A DNA stretch of 64,000 nucleotides, from the NCBI GenBank assembly GCA_049322915.1, contig JBMOPW010000030.1, positions 1 to 64,000 on the forward strand, given 5' to 3'. The position numbers were made by a program, and so were the translations under genes. Positions 40,773 through 50,900 of the stretch are shown piece after piece. Position 1 is the stretch's first letter. The number at the start of each line of letters is the position of its first letter. The stretch comes from Candidatus Zhuqueibacterota bacterium (GTDB lineage Bacteria; Zhuqueibacterota; Zhuqueibacteria; Thermofontimicrobiales; Thermofontimicrobiaceae). Under the pieces are notes generated by a model. The model did no database searches and had not been told where the DNA came from. It worked only from the letters and a program-made list of their open reading frames with translations.

Positions 40773-43700
40773 ATGAATCGACCAGATAGAATCCCAAGAC
40801 CAATGATATATTTATTTTCTGCGTTCATCCTTTTCTTGGTCGAGATTAATTTCTTATTGGCTCAGCCCAATTTAAAACATTTGGCTGAAGAGAAAGATAA
40901 CAGGTTCGCTGGCACAAGTACTGTACAAATAAAGAAAGTTACACTTCAAATGCCAGCGTCTCTGATAAAGTCAAAAGTCACCATCAGTCAGCCAGCAACT
41001 AATTCCCAGGGTGGACTGGTGACAATTTTAACAGAAGATTTCGAGGGTGATTTTCCCAGCGGCTTGTGGTCAGTCGGCAGCGGTAATTATACCTGGGCCA
41101 AGCGAAATGTTATCGCCCACAACGGCAGCAATAGCGCCTGGGCCATCGGCGGCGGCACGGTCGGCAGTACACTGAATTACGGCGCGTATTATCCGAATTC
41201 TACTATTACGACTATGATCTACGGACCGTTCGATCTCAGTGATGCCAACTGGGCTGCGCTTAGCTTTTTTGTCTGGGTGAACACCGAGCAGGATTATGAT
41301 TTCTTCCAATTTATGGCTTCTGATGACGGCGCTAATTTTAATGGCTATGCCCTCTCTGGCACATCGGATGGCGCCTGGTTAAACTATAGTCTGCCATTAA
41401 CCGCAATCCCGGACGGAGATAACCTGAAAAATTTTACTGGCAAATCAGCCGTCTGGATTGCGTTTGCCTTTCTCAGCGATAATATTGTAAATCAGCCCAA
41501 TGGCGTTTTTGTGGATGATGTGATTTTGCAGAAAGGCACGGCACAGGTGCCCATGATCATCGCTTCTTTTCCAACGCCGGGGACATCTTCACGAGGGCTG
41601 GCCTGGGACGGCGCCAACCTCTGGTGCTCCGACGCTACCAACGATCGTATTTATAAATTGAACAGCAGCGGTGGCGTGCTCACTTCTTTTACGTCACCCG
41701 GTACCATGCCGACCGGCATGACGTGGGACGGAACGAATTTATGGAACGCTGATGCGACCAACGACCGTATTTACAAGCTTTCAACTACCGGTTCGGTGCT
41801 TTCTTCTTTTACAGCTCCGGGCAGTTACCCCTCTGGCATCACCTGGGATGGAGCGTACCTCTGGAATAGCGACTATGGCGTCGAAACGATCTGGAGTCTG
41901 AATGCCAGCGGCTCAGTTCTCAGCTCATTTTCGGCACCAGGGAGCTATCATTATGGTTTGACTTATGACGGACAGAACCTCTGGCTGGTGGATGCCGATG
42001 TCTTACTAATGTACAAAATCGACAGGTCGGGTAATGTGCTGGATTATTGTTTAACCCCAGAGACCTGGCCGAGCGGTCTTGCCTGGGATGGGAACTATTT
42101 CTGGATGACCGATCGCAGCACCAATATGATTTACAAGATGCAGCTTCAAACGCAACAACTCAGCAACGACGTCGGCGGCGTCTCAATGGATTTGCCAGCC
42201 CGTCTATCGCCCGGGGATTCAACTTTAATTATAATCAATGTTAAAAATTATGGCACAACCAGCCAGAGTAATTTTCCCGTGAGCTATAACATCAATGGTG
42301 GCATGACTGTGACAGAAAGTTATACCGGGTCATTGGCTGCGGGCGCAACTTCGGCAATGACTTTTACCAAAACCTGGCGACCGACGCTGGAAGGTAGCTA
42401 TCAATTTATGGCATGGACCAATTTAGCTGGCGACGAAAATCCAGCGAACGATAGCCTGGCTACCCCCCAAATCATCGAGGTGAGCAACGTCCAGATTGCC
42501 GATGTTTTTATCGAAGATTTTGAGAAATACCCGACCGGTGTTCTGGCGGATGCGCCTGGGTCGCCCTGGGTAAGATATAGTTCGAGTCGCAATGGCAATG
42601 TCACCACTAAGTGGGTTCATGGCGGGCAGCAGAATTTTCAGATCAATTCTTTTACGACCAGCACTGAGATCGACTATGCTTTATTAAATTTGACCCAAAA
42701 ACCTGATCAATTGAATGTCGAATTGTGGTACACGCCCGATGGTTTTTATATCTACAAAGATTTCGCCTCGGTTGGTTTATCGTATGTAGCTTCGAAATAT
42801 GACATGACCCAAAAAGCCAGCTTCTGGGGCGAAGATCACGATGTAAAATTTATGGCTGAAGGGATGGGGAGCGCAGTCACGGTTTTTAATGAGCTGGACT
42901 ATGGCTCAGGCCCGGCACCCTCTGGCACGCCGAAGCATAATTATATTCGAGCCGAGTTTGATTTCAAACAAAGTGAAGTTCGATTTTTTATTGGATCGAA
43001 TTCAAGTTCACCACTCCGCTCAAAAGTGAACTTCGACAATCGGATCGAGGTCAATGCTTTATTTCTTGCTGGCGGCTTGAATGAAACTTACGTCGATGAT
43101 ATTCGAGTGACGGCATTATCTCAACCTCAATATCAAAACGATGTGGGCACCATCGCCATGGATTTGCCGGATGTGGTTAACCTGGGCGCATCGGTTCCAG
43201 TCGGAGTCATTGTCCAGAATTTTGGAACAGTGGAGCAAAGCACTCTTCCGGTAAGCTATTGTATCGATGGAGGTGCAGCCATAACAGAGAATTTGATCGG
43301 AACATTAGCGGCTGGCGCCAGTATCAAAAAATCTTTTTCAATTCCCTGGACGCCGAGCGCGCAGGGAACCTTTCAATTTACTGCCTGGACTGGATTAGTT
43401 GGCGATGAGAACGCTGTCAATGATTCTCTGCCGACGCCGAAACAGGTGACTGTGCAGTCGGGTGGGAGCAATACTGACCCGGTGCTATCTTCAATTGGCA
43501 ATCAATCCGTTACCGCCGGGCAGACAAAAAATGTCCCGCTCTCTGCCACGGATACCGATGGCGATGCGCTCAATTTTACCATTTCAGAGAACCCCGGATT
43601 CCTATCGATCACTGGCTTTTCACAGACTGGAAATACTGCTACAGCGACTTTGGTCATCTCTCCGTCATTTAATAACGTTGGCAGCTTTACTTCTGACGTT

Positions 43701-46208
43701 CAGGTGAGTGATGGCAGGGGCGGCGTCGATAACGAGAATTTCACCATTGAGGTCATCACCGCTTCAAAGGGTGCCTGGGCCTATCAGAATCCATTGAATG
43801 GCAAAGGCAATTCGAGAGCGGTGCATTTTGTCGATGCGCAGACCGGGTGGATGGTCAACAATTACGGCGAGATTCGCAAAACCACTGACGGCGGCGCCGT
43901 CTGGTTTATTCAGCATGATATTAATTTTGAGTTGACCGATATTTTCTTCATAAACAGTCAGATCGGTTGGACAGTTGGCGCCAGCTTTAGCGGTTCCAAT
44001 CCTCAGGCGCCAATCCTTAAAACCACGGATGGAGGAACGTCCTGGATTTTGCAATCGACCTCAGCGGCGCATCGGCTCTGGTCGGTGTACTTTGTGAGCG
44101 ACCAGGTCGGCTGGGCTGTTGGGATAAATTCCGATTATAAAGATATAATTTTAAGAACCTGCGATGGCGGTTTGACCTGGAATGTTCAAAAAACCGAGTC
44201 ATCGTCCAATGAAACTTATAACTCAGTTCATTTTGTCGATGCCCAGACCGGCTGGGTGGTTGGATGGAACAGTGGAAATCCCGACATCATTCTCAAGACG
44301 ACTGATGGCGGTGCAAGCTGGAATTCACAAACAACCAGCGCGAATAGTGGCTTGCAATCCGTGTTTTTTATTGACACTCAAACTGGCTGGGCCGCTGGCG
44401 GAAGCAATATTATCAAAACCACCAATGGCGGAACAACCTGGACAGAGCAAAGTTCTGGCACATCGAATTCATTGGAATCTATCCGTTTCATCAACAGCCA
44501 GGAAGGCTGGGCGGTTGGCTCAAGCAGCTATGGCGAGCTGGGCACCATCATTAAAACAACCAACGGCGGCGCTACCTGGATCAAACAGAATAGTGGTAGC
44601 TCGCACAGTTCCAATGCATACCTTGACGATGTTTATTTTGTCAACTCCAATACAGGCTGGGCGGTCGGCAATTATGGCATGGTGTTGAAAACCACGGATG
44701 GCGGCAGCAATTGGACGAATTTATCTTTCGTGACGATTGATAATTTGAATTCGATATTTTTCCTGGATGCCAGCAATGGCTGGGCAGGAGGAAAATGGGG
44801 CAATTTGCTCAAGACGACTACTGGTGGTAAACAATGGACGCCAGTCTCAGCGCCGTATGGCTATCAAAACACTGATATTCATTTCGCCGATTCCAAAACT
44901 GGCTGGGTCTGCCAGTCTGGTGGCACTATTATGAAGACCAGCAATGGCGGTTTGAGCTGGTCAAAGATATCGACTGCAACGACGAAAACCTTTCTCGGCC
45001 TGTTCTTCATCGACGCCAGAACGGGGTGGGCCGTTGGCGGCGGATCAGTCAGTCGGATCATTTTCAAAACGAATGATAGCGGCAATGTCTGGAGTCAGCA
45101 GACAGTATCCGATGGTTCCGCATTAATGGACGTATTTTTCATTGACGCAAACACCGGCTGGACAGTTGGCATGAACGGTGCAATCTTCAAAACAACTGAT
45201 GGCGGGAATACTTGGCTGCAACAAAATAGCGGCAGCACGGATTGGCTGGAATGCGTTTATTTTATCGATGCCAATAACGGTTTTGTTGGCGGCAGCAATG
45301 GCATCCTCAAAACCAGCAACGGCGGAACGACCTGGACATTTGATGATGTCGGCGCTGGCTGGATCGATGATATTTTCTTTGTTGATCCGTATAATGGCTT
45401 TGCAGTTGGAGCGACCGGGAGCACGCTATCGAAAGGGATTGATGGCAGCGGAGATATCGATGTGAGCGGCGGTTCTGCGAAAACGTGGATCACCACCGAT
45501 GGCGGCGCCACATGGGATGAAACCGTTCCGTCGGTCGGTGGCTGGCTGTTGCGATCCTGTTTCACAGATCGAAATTCAGGCTGGGCAGTGAGCACTGTTG
45601 GAACGATTGTCAAATACAGTAACTCACTTCCGTTGCCAGCAGCGCCATCGAATCTAATCGTCAATTCCATTGCTGACAATAAAATTAAACTGGGCTGGTC
45701 GGATAATTCAACCAATGAAGACGGCTATCAACTATTCCGCAGCGATGGCATTAGTGGCGCCTTTCGTCTCATCAAATCAATCGGCGCTGACACAACCGAT
45801 CATATGGACTCGACCGTCACGAAGGGAACAACATATTGGTATCGGATCAGAGCTTACAATGCTATTGGCAATTCAGCATATTCCATGGAAGAGTCGGCCA
45901 CTGCCGGGACGATTTCTTCTGTGACAAATGAAAATGATATTGTGACGAGATTTGCTTTGAAACAAAATTACCCCAATCCCTTCAATCCGAGCACGGTCAT
46001 TCAGTACTCTATTCCGAAAGCATCACAGGTTGAGTTGGCCGTATTTGACCTGCTCGGCCGCAAGCTGAAAGTTATAGTGACTGGCAAGCAGGAAGCTGGA
46101 ATTTATTACATCAAATTCGATAGTCAGAACCTGCCAGCCGGATTGTATTTCTATCGCTTGCGGACTGGGGAATTTTGTGAGACAAAGAAAATGGTCGTCG
46201 TTAAATAA
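40773..46208 (+). CDS. 1811-aa secreted multidomain protein: jelly-roll, NHL-like propeller, CARDB/Ig, YCF48/BNR repeats, FN3, CTD
   Basis: GLAWDGxxLW repeats; two DVG...NxG...DEN.AND CARDB-like units; many F.D..TGWAVG..I.KTTDGG.TW repeats; WSDNSTNEDGY FN3; QNYPNPFNPST CTD; GGAGG RBS. Confidence 0.9.
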   Translation: MNRPDRIPRPMIYLFSAFILFLVEINFLLAQPNLKHLAEEKDNRFAGTSTVQIKKVTLQMPASLIKSKVTISQPATNSQGGLVTILTEDFEGDFPSGLWSVGSGNYTWAKRNVIAHNGSNSAWAIGGGTVGSTLNYGAYYPNSTITTMIYGPFDLSDANWAALSFFVWVNTEQDYDFFQFMASDDGANFNGYALSGTSDGAWLNYSLPLTAIPDGDNLKNFTGKSAVWIAFAFLSDNIVNQPNGVFVDDVILQKGTAQVPMIIASFPTPGTSSRGLAWDGANLWCSDATNDRIYKLNSSGGVLTSFTSPGTMPTGMTWDGTNLWNADATNDRIYKLSTTGSVLSSFTAPGSYPSGITWDGAYLWNSDYGVETIWSLNASGSVLSSFSAPGSYHYGLTYDGQNLWLVDADVLLMYKIDRSGNVLDYCLTPETWPSGLAWDGNYFWMTDRSTNMIYKMQLQTQQLSNDVGGVSMDLPARLSPGDSTLIIINVKNYGTTSQSNFPVSYNINGGMTVTESYTGSLAAGATSAMTFTKTWRPTLEGSYQFMAWTNLAGDENPANDSLATPQIIEVSNVQIADVFIEDFEKYPTGVLADAPGSPWVRYSSSRNGNVTTKWVHGGQQNFQINSFTTSTEIDYALLNLTQKPDQLNVELWYTPDGFYIYKDFASVGLSYVASKYDMTQKASFWGEDHDVKFMAEGMGSAVTVFNELDYGSGPAPSGTPKHNYIRAEFDFKQSEVRFFIGSNSSSPLRSKVNFDNRIEVNALFLAGGLNETYVDDIRVTALSQPQYQNDVGTIAMDLPDVVNLGASVPVGVIVQNFGTVEQSTLPVSYCIDGGAAITENLIGTLAAGASIKKSFSIPWTPSAQGTFQFTAWTGLVGDENAVNDSLPTPKQVTVQSGGSNTDPVLSSIGNQSVTAGQTKNVPLSATDTDGDALNFTISENPGFLSITGFSQTGNTATATLVISPSFNNVGSFTSDVQVSDGRGGVDNENFTIEVITASKGAWAYQNPLNGKGNSRAVHFVDAQTGWMVNNYGEIRKTTDGGAVWFIQHDINFELTDIFFINSQIGWTVGASFSGSNPQAPILKTTDGGTSWILQSTSAAHRLWSVYFVSDQVGWAVGINSDYKDIILRTCDGGLTWNVQKTESSSNETYNSVHFVDAQTGWVVGWNSGNPDIILKTTDGGASWNSQTTSANSGLQSVFFIDTQTGWAAGGSNIIKTTNGGTTWTEQSSGTSNSLESIRFINSQEGWAVGSSSYGELGTIIKTTNGGATWIKQNSGSSHSSNAYLDDVYFVNSNTGWAVGNYGMVLKTTDGGSNWTNLSFVTIDNLNSIFFLDASNGWAGGKWGNLLKTTTGGKQWTPVSAPYGYQNTDIHFADSKTGWVCQSGGTIMKTSNGGLSWSKISTATTKTFLGLFFIDARTGWAVGGGSVSRIIFKTNDSGNVWSQQTVSDGSALMDVFFIDANTGWTVGMNGAIFKTTDGGNTWLQQNSGSTDWLECVYFIDANNGFVGGSNGILKTSNGGTTWTFDDVGAGWIDDIFFVDPYNGFAVGATGSTLSKGIDGSGDIDVSGGSAKTWITTDGGATWDETVPSVGGWLLRSCFTDRNSGWAVSTVGTIVKYSNSLPLPAAPSNLIVNSIADNKIKLGWSDNSTNEDGYQLFRSDGISGAFRLIKSIGADTTDHMDSTVTKGTTYWYRIRAYNAIGNSAYSMEESATAGTISSVTNENDIVTRFALKQNYPNPFNPSTVIQYSIPKASQVELAVFDLLGRKLKVIVTGKQEAGIYYIKFDSQNLPAGLYFYRLRTGEFCETKKMVVVK

Positions 46209-46323
46209 AATTTCAATGTCAATATGACCGTCAACCGCCAACTGCGTGTTGATGGTCACATGTAAAACATGAACCAGGCCCTAATTATGATTTATTTGAT
46301 CTGCACCGTGTCGGTTTTCATGC

Positions 46324-46591
46324 CGTTCATTTCAATGCCAGCAGCCTGCCCTCCGGCTCTTATTTTTATAAAATGGTCGCCGGCCAATATTCATCCGTGC
46401 AGAAGCTGGTTGTGTTAACCCTATTACGTCGCATAGATTTAGTATCGTTATATACTGTATTTTGGATAGATGAAAATTCAACATATTGTGATAAATTTGC
46501 TAAATGACGTTGTAGGGTTAAAATAAAAACCATTGTCATATAGCGACGAAAAGACTTTTTAAGGCCATCTTAAAAAGTCTTTTTTTTTATT
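46324..46591 (+). repeat. Direct repeat A, copy 2 (orphan CTD tail plus terminator), interrupted by a MITE
   Basis: Near-identical to 33931-34094. Confidence 0.95.
46419..46517. mobile_element. 99-bp MITE with TTAA target-site duplication
   Basis: TTAA-CCCTATTACGTC...GACGTTGTAGGG-TTAA (terminal inverted repeat 10/12). The empty site is visible in repeat copy 1 (GTGTTAAAATAA). Confidence 0.88.
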
Positions 46592-46833
46592 CATCAGAAG
46601 CCATCCCTCGCACTCTCGAACCTTGTTGGCGCTTCCCGGACGATGCGGTCAATCCGCGCCAATCACCGGCGCACACCAGGACCGATGCGTTGGCTTTGCA
46701 CACGAATAATTACTGAAATTGGTTGCGCCCGATGTGTTTCCATCACAATGGAGCGGAACGCCGACAAGCACCGGCCATATTGAGTTTGGCGGCCATCATA
46801 CTGCCAATTCATCCGCATCGTCTAAAATTTCAA

Positions 46834-46865
46834 TTGACTTATTAGTGAAATTTTACTATTATAAT
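46834..46865 (+). promoter_or_regulatory. Putative sigma70 promoter
   Basis: TTGACT-N17-TATTAT, overlapping TATAAT. Confidence 0.55.
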
Positions 46866-47050
46866 ACTGAAATTTTGAATTCACTCCATGATGGCCAGAT
46901 ATCGCAATCCCATCTCATTCGTTCCGGACACTTCCCTTTTCCCCATTGGACCCAGTTCTTCGGCCATTCTGTTTCCCAACGCCATTGCTGTGTCGCTATC
47001 CAGGATTTACTCCAGAATATCTCAACGCACCCACAGAATTAAGGAGGCGC

Positions 47051-47869
47051 ATGTTCGCTTGCCGTACATTAACCCAAAAAATGCAATTGCCACGACGTCA
47101 CCAAGGCACAAAGAAAAAATTAATAAAAGATAATACGAATTTCCAACAACTTCACCTTTCACTTTTTTATGAAAGAATATTAAAACAGTACTTTTATTTT
47201 TCTTTGTGTCACTTGGTGTCTTCGAGTCTTGGTGGCATTAATTTTTTTCTATTGCATTTTCTGGGATTAAATCTACGTCGCGCTCATTTCGCCCTTGTGC
47301 TACCCGCAGTTTTGCTTCTTGTAAATTTATCCCCGACGCACGCGCAACCGACGCCGCACGCTGCACCGGCATTTACCCTCGGTGATTGGGTCGCCGCCGG
47401 CGGTTGCTGGGACTTTTCCGAAAGGATCATCAGTGCGCAAGGAATTGGGGAGCGACCCATCGCCTATCTGAAACGCTTTCACTTCACCGATTTTGAGTTT
47501 GAAATTCGACTGCGGCTTTTGACAGATGAAGATGGTTCCTATGGAGTGTTGTTTCGCTATGATGAAAAAAAGGATGCCGGGTACATCTTCAGCGTGTGGC
47601 CCAACGGCAGTTATGAATTTGTCCGGTTCAATGGGGATTCCTCCTGTCAGACAGGCGGGGGTCAGGCTGTGTACCTGATGGATCAGCTTCATTCCTGGAA
47701 TCGCATCAAAGTCATTGGCAGAGGGAATAAATTTGATCTGTTCATCAATGACAACCTGCTGGTCACCATGCAAGATAACGCGTTCATATCTGGAAAAGTC
47801 GGACTGTACCTGGGTCACGGAGCAACATCATTCATGGAATACGAGGTTTTGAAACTGGTGGCACAATGA
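47051..47869 (+). CDS. Exported DUF1080 (3-keto-disaccharide hydrolase-like) domain protein with an in-frame MITE in its signal peptide
   Basis: AAGGAGG RBS, ATG 47051; DFEFEI.L, YGVLFRY, WNRIKV..RGN...LFIND, SGKVGL. Confidence 0.75.
   Translation: MFACRTLTQKMQLPRRHQGTKKKLIKDNTNFQQLHLSLFYERILKQYFYFSLCHLVSSSLGGINFFLLHFLGLNLRRAHFALVLPAVLLLVNLSPTHAQPTPHAAPAFTLGDWVAAGGCWDFSERIISAQGIGERPIAYLKRFHFTDFEFEIRLRLLTDEDGSYGVLFRYDEKKDAGYIFSVWPNGSYEFVRFNGDSSCQTGGGQAVYLMDQLHSWNRIKVIGRGNKFDLFINDNLLVTMQDNAFISGKVGLYLGHGATSFMEYEVLKLVAQ
47073..47265. mobile_element. 193-bp palindromic MITE with ATTAA target-site duplication
   Basis: CCCAAAAAATGCAAT vs reverse complement CCCAGAAAATGCAAT (14/15); inner inverted CACCAAG..CACAAAGAAAAA repeats; ATTAA at 47068-47072 and 47266-47270. 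Confidence 0.85.
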
Positions 47870-47938
47870 ACCTGATCCATCTCCCTGATTTTCACATCGA
47901 TGATTCGGTATGTATTTAACGCAATCGAGAATCGCTAG

Positions 47939-50900
47939 ATGAAAAAAATAGCCCTCATCGTCATTCTTCTCTTTCAGATCACCTCCACGAACGACAGCCA
48001 TGCCCAGATTACCGATCTGTATCTTGAATATGTGTCGTCAAAGTTCCCTACCCTCAGCGGGTCAGCTCACATCATTCAGGATCGGTATGGATTTATGTGG
48101 TTTGGATCGAGGAGCGGCCTTCAAAAATTCGACGGTTACCAGGTGGTTGTGTATCGGCATAATCCGGCAGATTCGCTCTCGCTATCGAGCAACTTCATTA
48201 CGGCAATGGTCGAGGATCCGCACGAAGGGCTGTGGATTGGAACGGTGAGCGGTTTGAACAGACTGGATGTGGCGAGCGGGAAATTTCAACGCTTCCATCA
48301 CGATCCCGGCAATCCGAACAGCCTCAGCCATGATTACATCACCTGCCTGCGCTTCGACGAAACAGGGATTTTATGGATTGGCACGCAACAGGGCGGCTTG
48401 AACGAAATGAGAATTTGGGATCGAAATAATTTTGACAGCGTCTCAGTCAGTCGTCACACCCACCGTCCCGAAGATTCTTTCAGCGTGAGCGACAATTATA
48501 TCCGCTTCATTCTCGATGATACGCGGCACGACGATCACCTTCTCTGGATCGGCACTGCCAATGGACTGAACCGCTTTGATAAAAAAACCCGAACCTTCAC
48601 CCGGTATTTTCATGATCCAGGCGATTCCACCAGCCTGGCCAGCAACGATCTCTATTCCATCCATCAGGACGAACAGGGCGATTTGTGGATCGGCGCCTGC
48701 GAAGGCTGGCTCACCCAATTGCATCGGACGAGCGACGGCAAATTCCGGTTTCGACATGACCGGTTGGGCGAAGTCCAGAAAATTTATTCAATCACCAGAG
48801 ACAAGTATGATAACCTCTGGCTTTCGACCATGCACCACGGTCTGTATCGGTTCAACAAATCAACCCGGCGCATCGAGCATATTGAAGGCGATAAATTCCA
48901 GCATATCGATGTTAGCTATCCATACACAACATGTTTCGATCACACGGGCGCATTATGGATTGGGACATGGCCTCACCTGCTGAAACACGATCCCAACAGG
49001 AAACAATTCCGAACCGTGGCCATCGATCCACCCCTCAATATATGGAGCATGGCCATCGCTTCAATTGCCGAGGATGATCACAACTCTCTGTGGATTGCCA
49101 CCACATACCGGGGCATCCTGAAATTCAATCTCCATCGCGGCGAATTGAGCGACTTCGCTCCGGACTCTTCCAGCCAACGGTATCTTTCATCTCGCTTTGC
49201 GACGTCCATTCTCAAAGATCATACCGGCGCATTCTGGGTTTCAACATTTCGCGGCCTGAACCGATACGATCCGGGACGGGACCGATTCGTGAGCTATTTT
49301 TGGGATGCGGACAGGCCGGACAACCCGGACAATCTGCTCAGCAATTACCTGTACTGCCTGCACGAAGACCACCAGGGCGCTATCTGGATCGGCTCTTCAC
49401 GAGGCGTAAGTCGATTGGATCAAAACCGGCGCCAGTTCCGCCATTACCTGAATCGCCCCGAACAAATCAATGCCATCGGTCATTATATCGGCGCTATTCA
49501 CCAGGATCGCGCCGGCATTTTCTGGATCGGCGGGAAAGGATTGTTTCAACTCAATCCGGAAACCGGGCAGTTCAGTCGTTATTTTGCCAATCCGAACGAC
49601 TCATCCGGCGCCATCACCGCCATGGTATTCGATATCGTCGAGGATTCCCGGGGATTCCTCTGGGTCGCCACTCAGAATGGACTATATCGCCTCCACCCGA
49701 ATCAACCGACTATCCATTTCACCGAGAAAAACGGTCTGCCCAATCGCTACGTGACCGGCATTCTTGAGGATGATCAGGGCATTCTCTGGATCAGCACCAG
49801 GACGTGGTTGACCCGATACGATCCGGACACGCAACAGTTCCAATGGTTCGATTTTAGGAATGAATTTTACGAGCAAAGCCGTTTCAAAGGCAAAGACGGC
49901 GCGCTTTATTTCGGAATGGCAAAGGCGTTGCTCTCGTTTCATCCGAACGCGATACGGGATAATCCGCACAAGCCGCCGGTGTGGATATCCAACTTTCGCG
50001 TGTTCGACAAGCCAGTCACCTTTGACCGCCCTATTCCGGCGCTCAAAGAAATCCGCCTGTCCTACCGGGAGAATTTTTTCACGCTGGACTTCGTCGCGCT
50101 GAATTACACAGAGAGCGGGAATAATCAGTACAAATACCAGCTCGTCGGCGTGGATCCGGAGTGGGTGTCCTGCGGGGATCGCCGCTCTGCGAGCTATACC
50201 AACGTTCCCCCCGGCAGCTACGAGTTCAACGTGCAGGCATCGAACAATGACGGGGTCTGGAACGAGACCGGCGCGTCGGTACGCATTTTCATCTCTCCGC
50301 CCTGGTGGCAGAGCGACATTGCCTATGCCTGTTTCGTTTTCCTCGTATTGGCCGCCATGTACGGTCTGCGCCAATTTGAACTGCGGCGCTCCCAAACCCG
50401 AAACGAATTGAAGATGCGGCGCTTCGAATCCCAGAAGCTCCAGGAGGTCGACCGCATGAAATCCCGCTTCTTCGCCAACATCTCGCACGAGTTTCGCACA
50501 CCGCTCACGTTAATTTTAGGCCCGCTGAACAACCTCCTGGTCCGAACCAAAAACCAGAGACTGCACCGGGAATTGACTATCATGCAGCGCAACGCCAGGC
50601 GGTTGCAGCGATTGATCAATCAGTTGCTGGATTTATCCAAAATCGAAGCCGGCAAAATGAAGCTCCAGGCCAGACAGGAGGACCTCTCCGCCCTCGTCTT
50701 CCGAATTGTCCAGTCATTCGAGTCCCAGGCGAAATTGAAAGAGATCGAACTGACCTGTTTCTCTGATCCTGCGGGCATTCTGGTCTTTGTGGATCAGGAG
50801 AAAATCGAGAATATTTTCTACAACCTGCTGTCCAATGCCATTAAATTCACACCCCACGGCGGTAAAGTGCACGTCCGAATGAGCCTCTCCCCGACCAGCG

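Larger units (their letters stand above)
34095..46323. mobile_element. Putative 12.2-kb genomic island bounded by direct repeat A; no integrase visible
   Basis: Flanking ~165-bp direct repeats, visibly AT-richer sequence and pseudogene debris at the left end. Confidence 0.65.

Noticed and set aside
46412..46524. Integron attC site or gene cassette
   Set aside because: The RYYYAAC to GTTRRRY span is only about 48 bp and imperfect, and there is no cassette ORF or integrase. Terminal inverted repeats plus TTAA duplication explain it better.
46946..47050. Upstream extension of the DUF1080 ORF
   Set aside because: The strong AAGGAGG RBS and the restored signal peptide favour ATG 47051.
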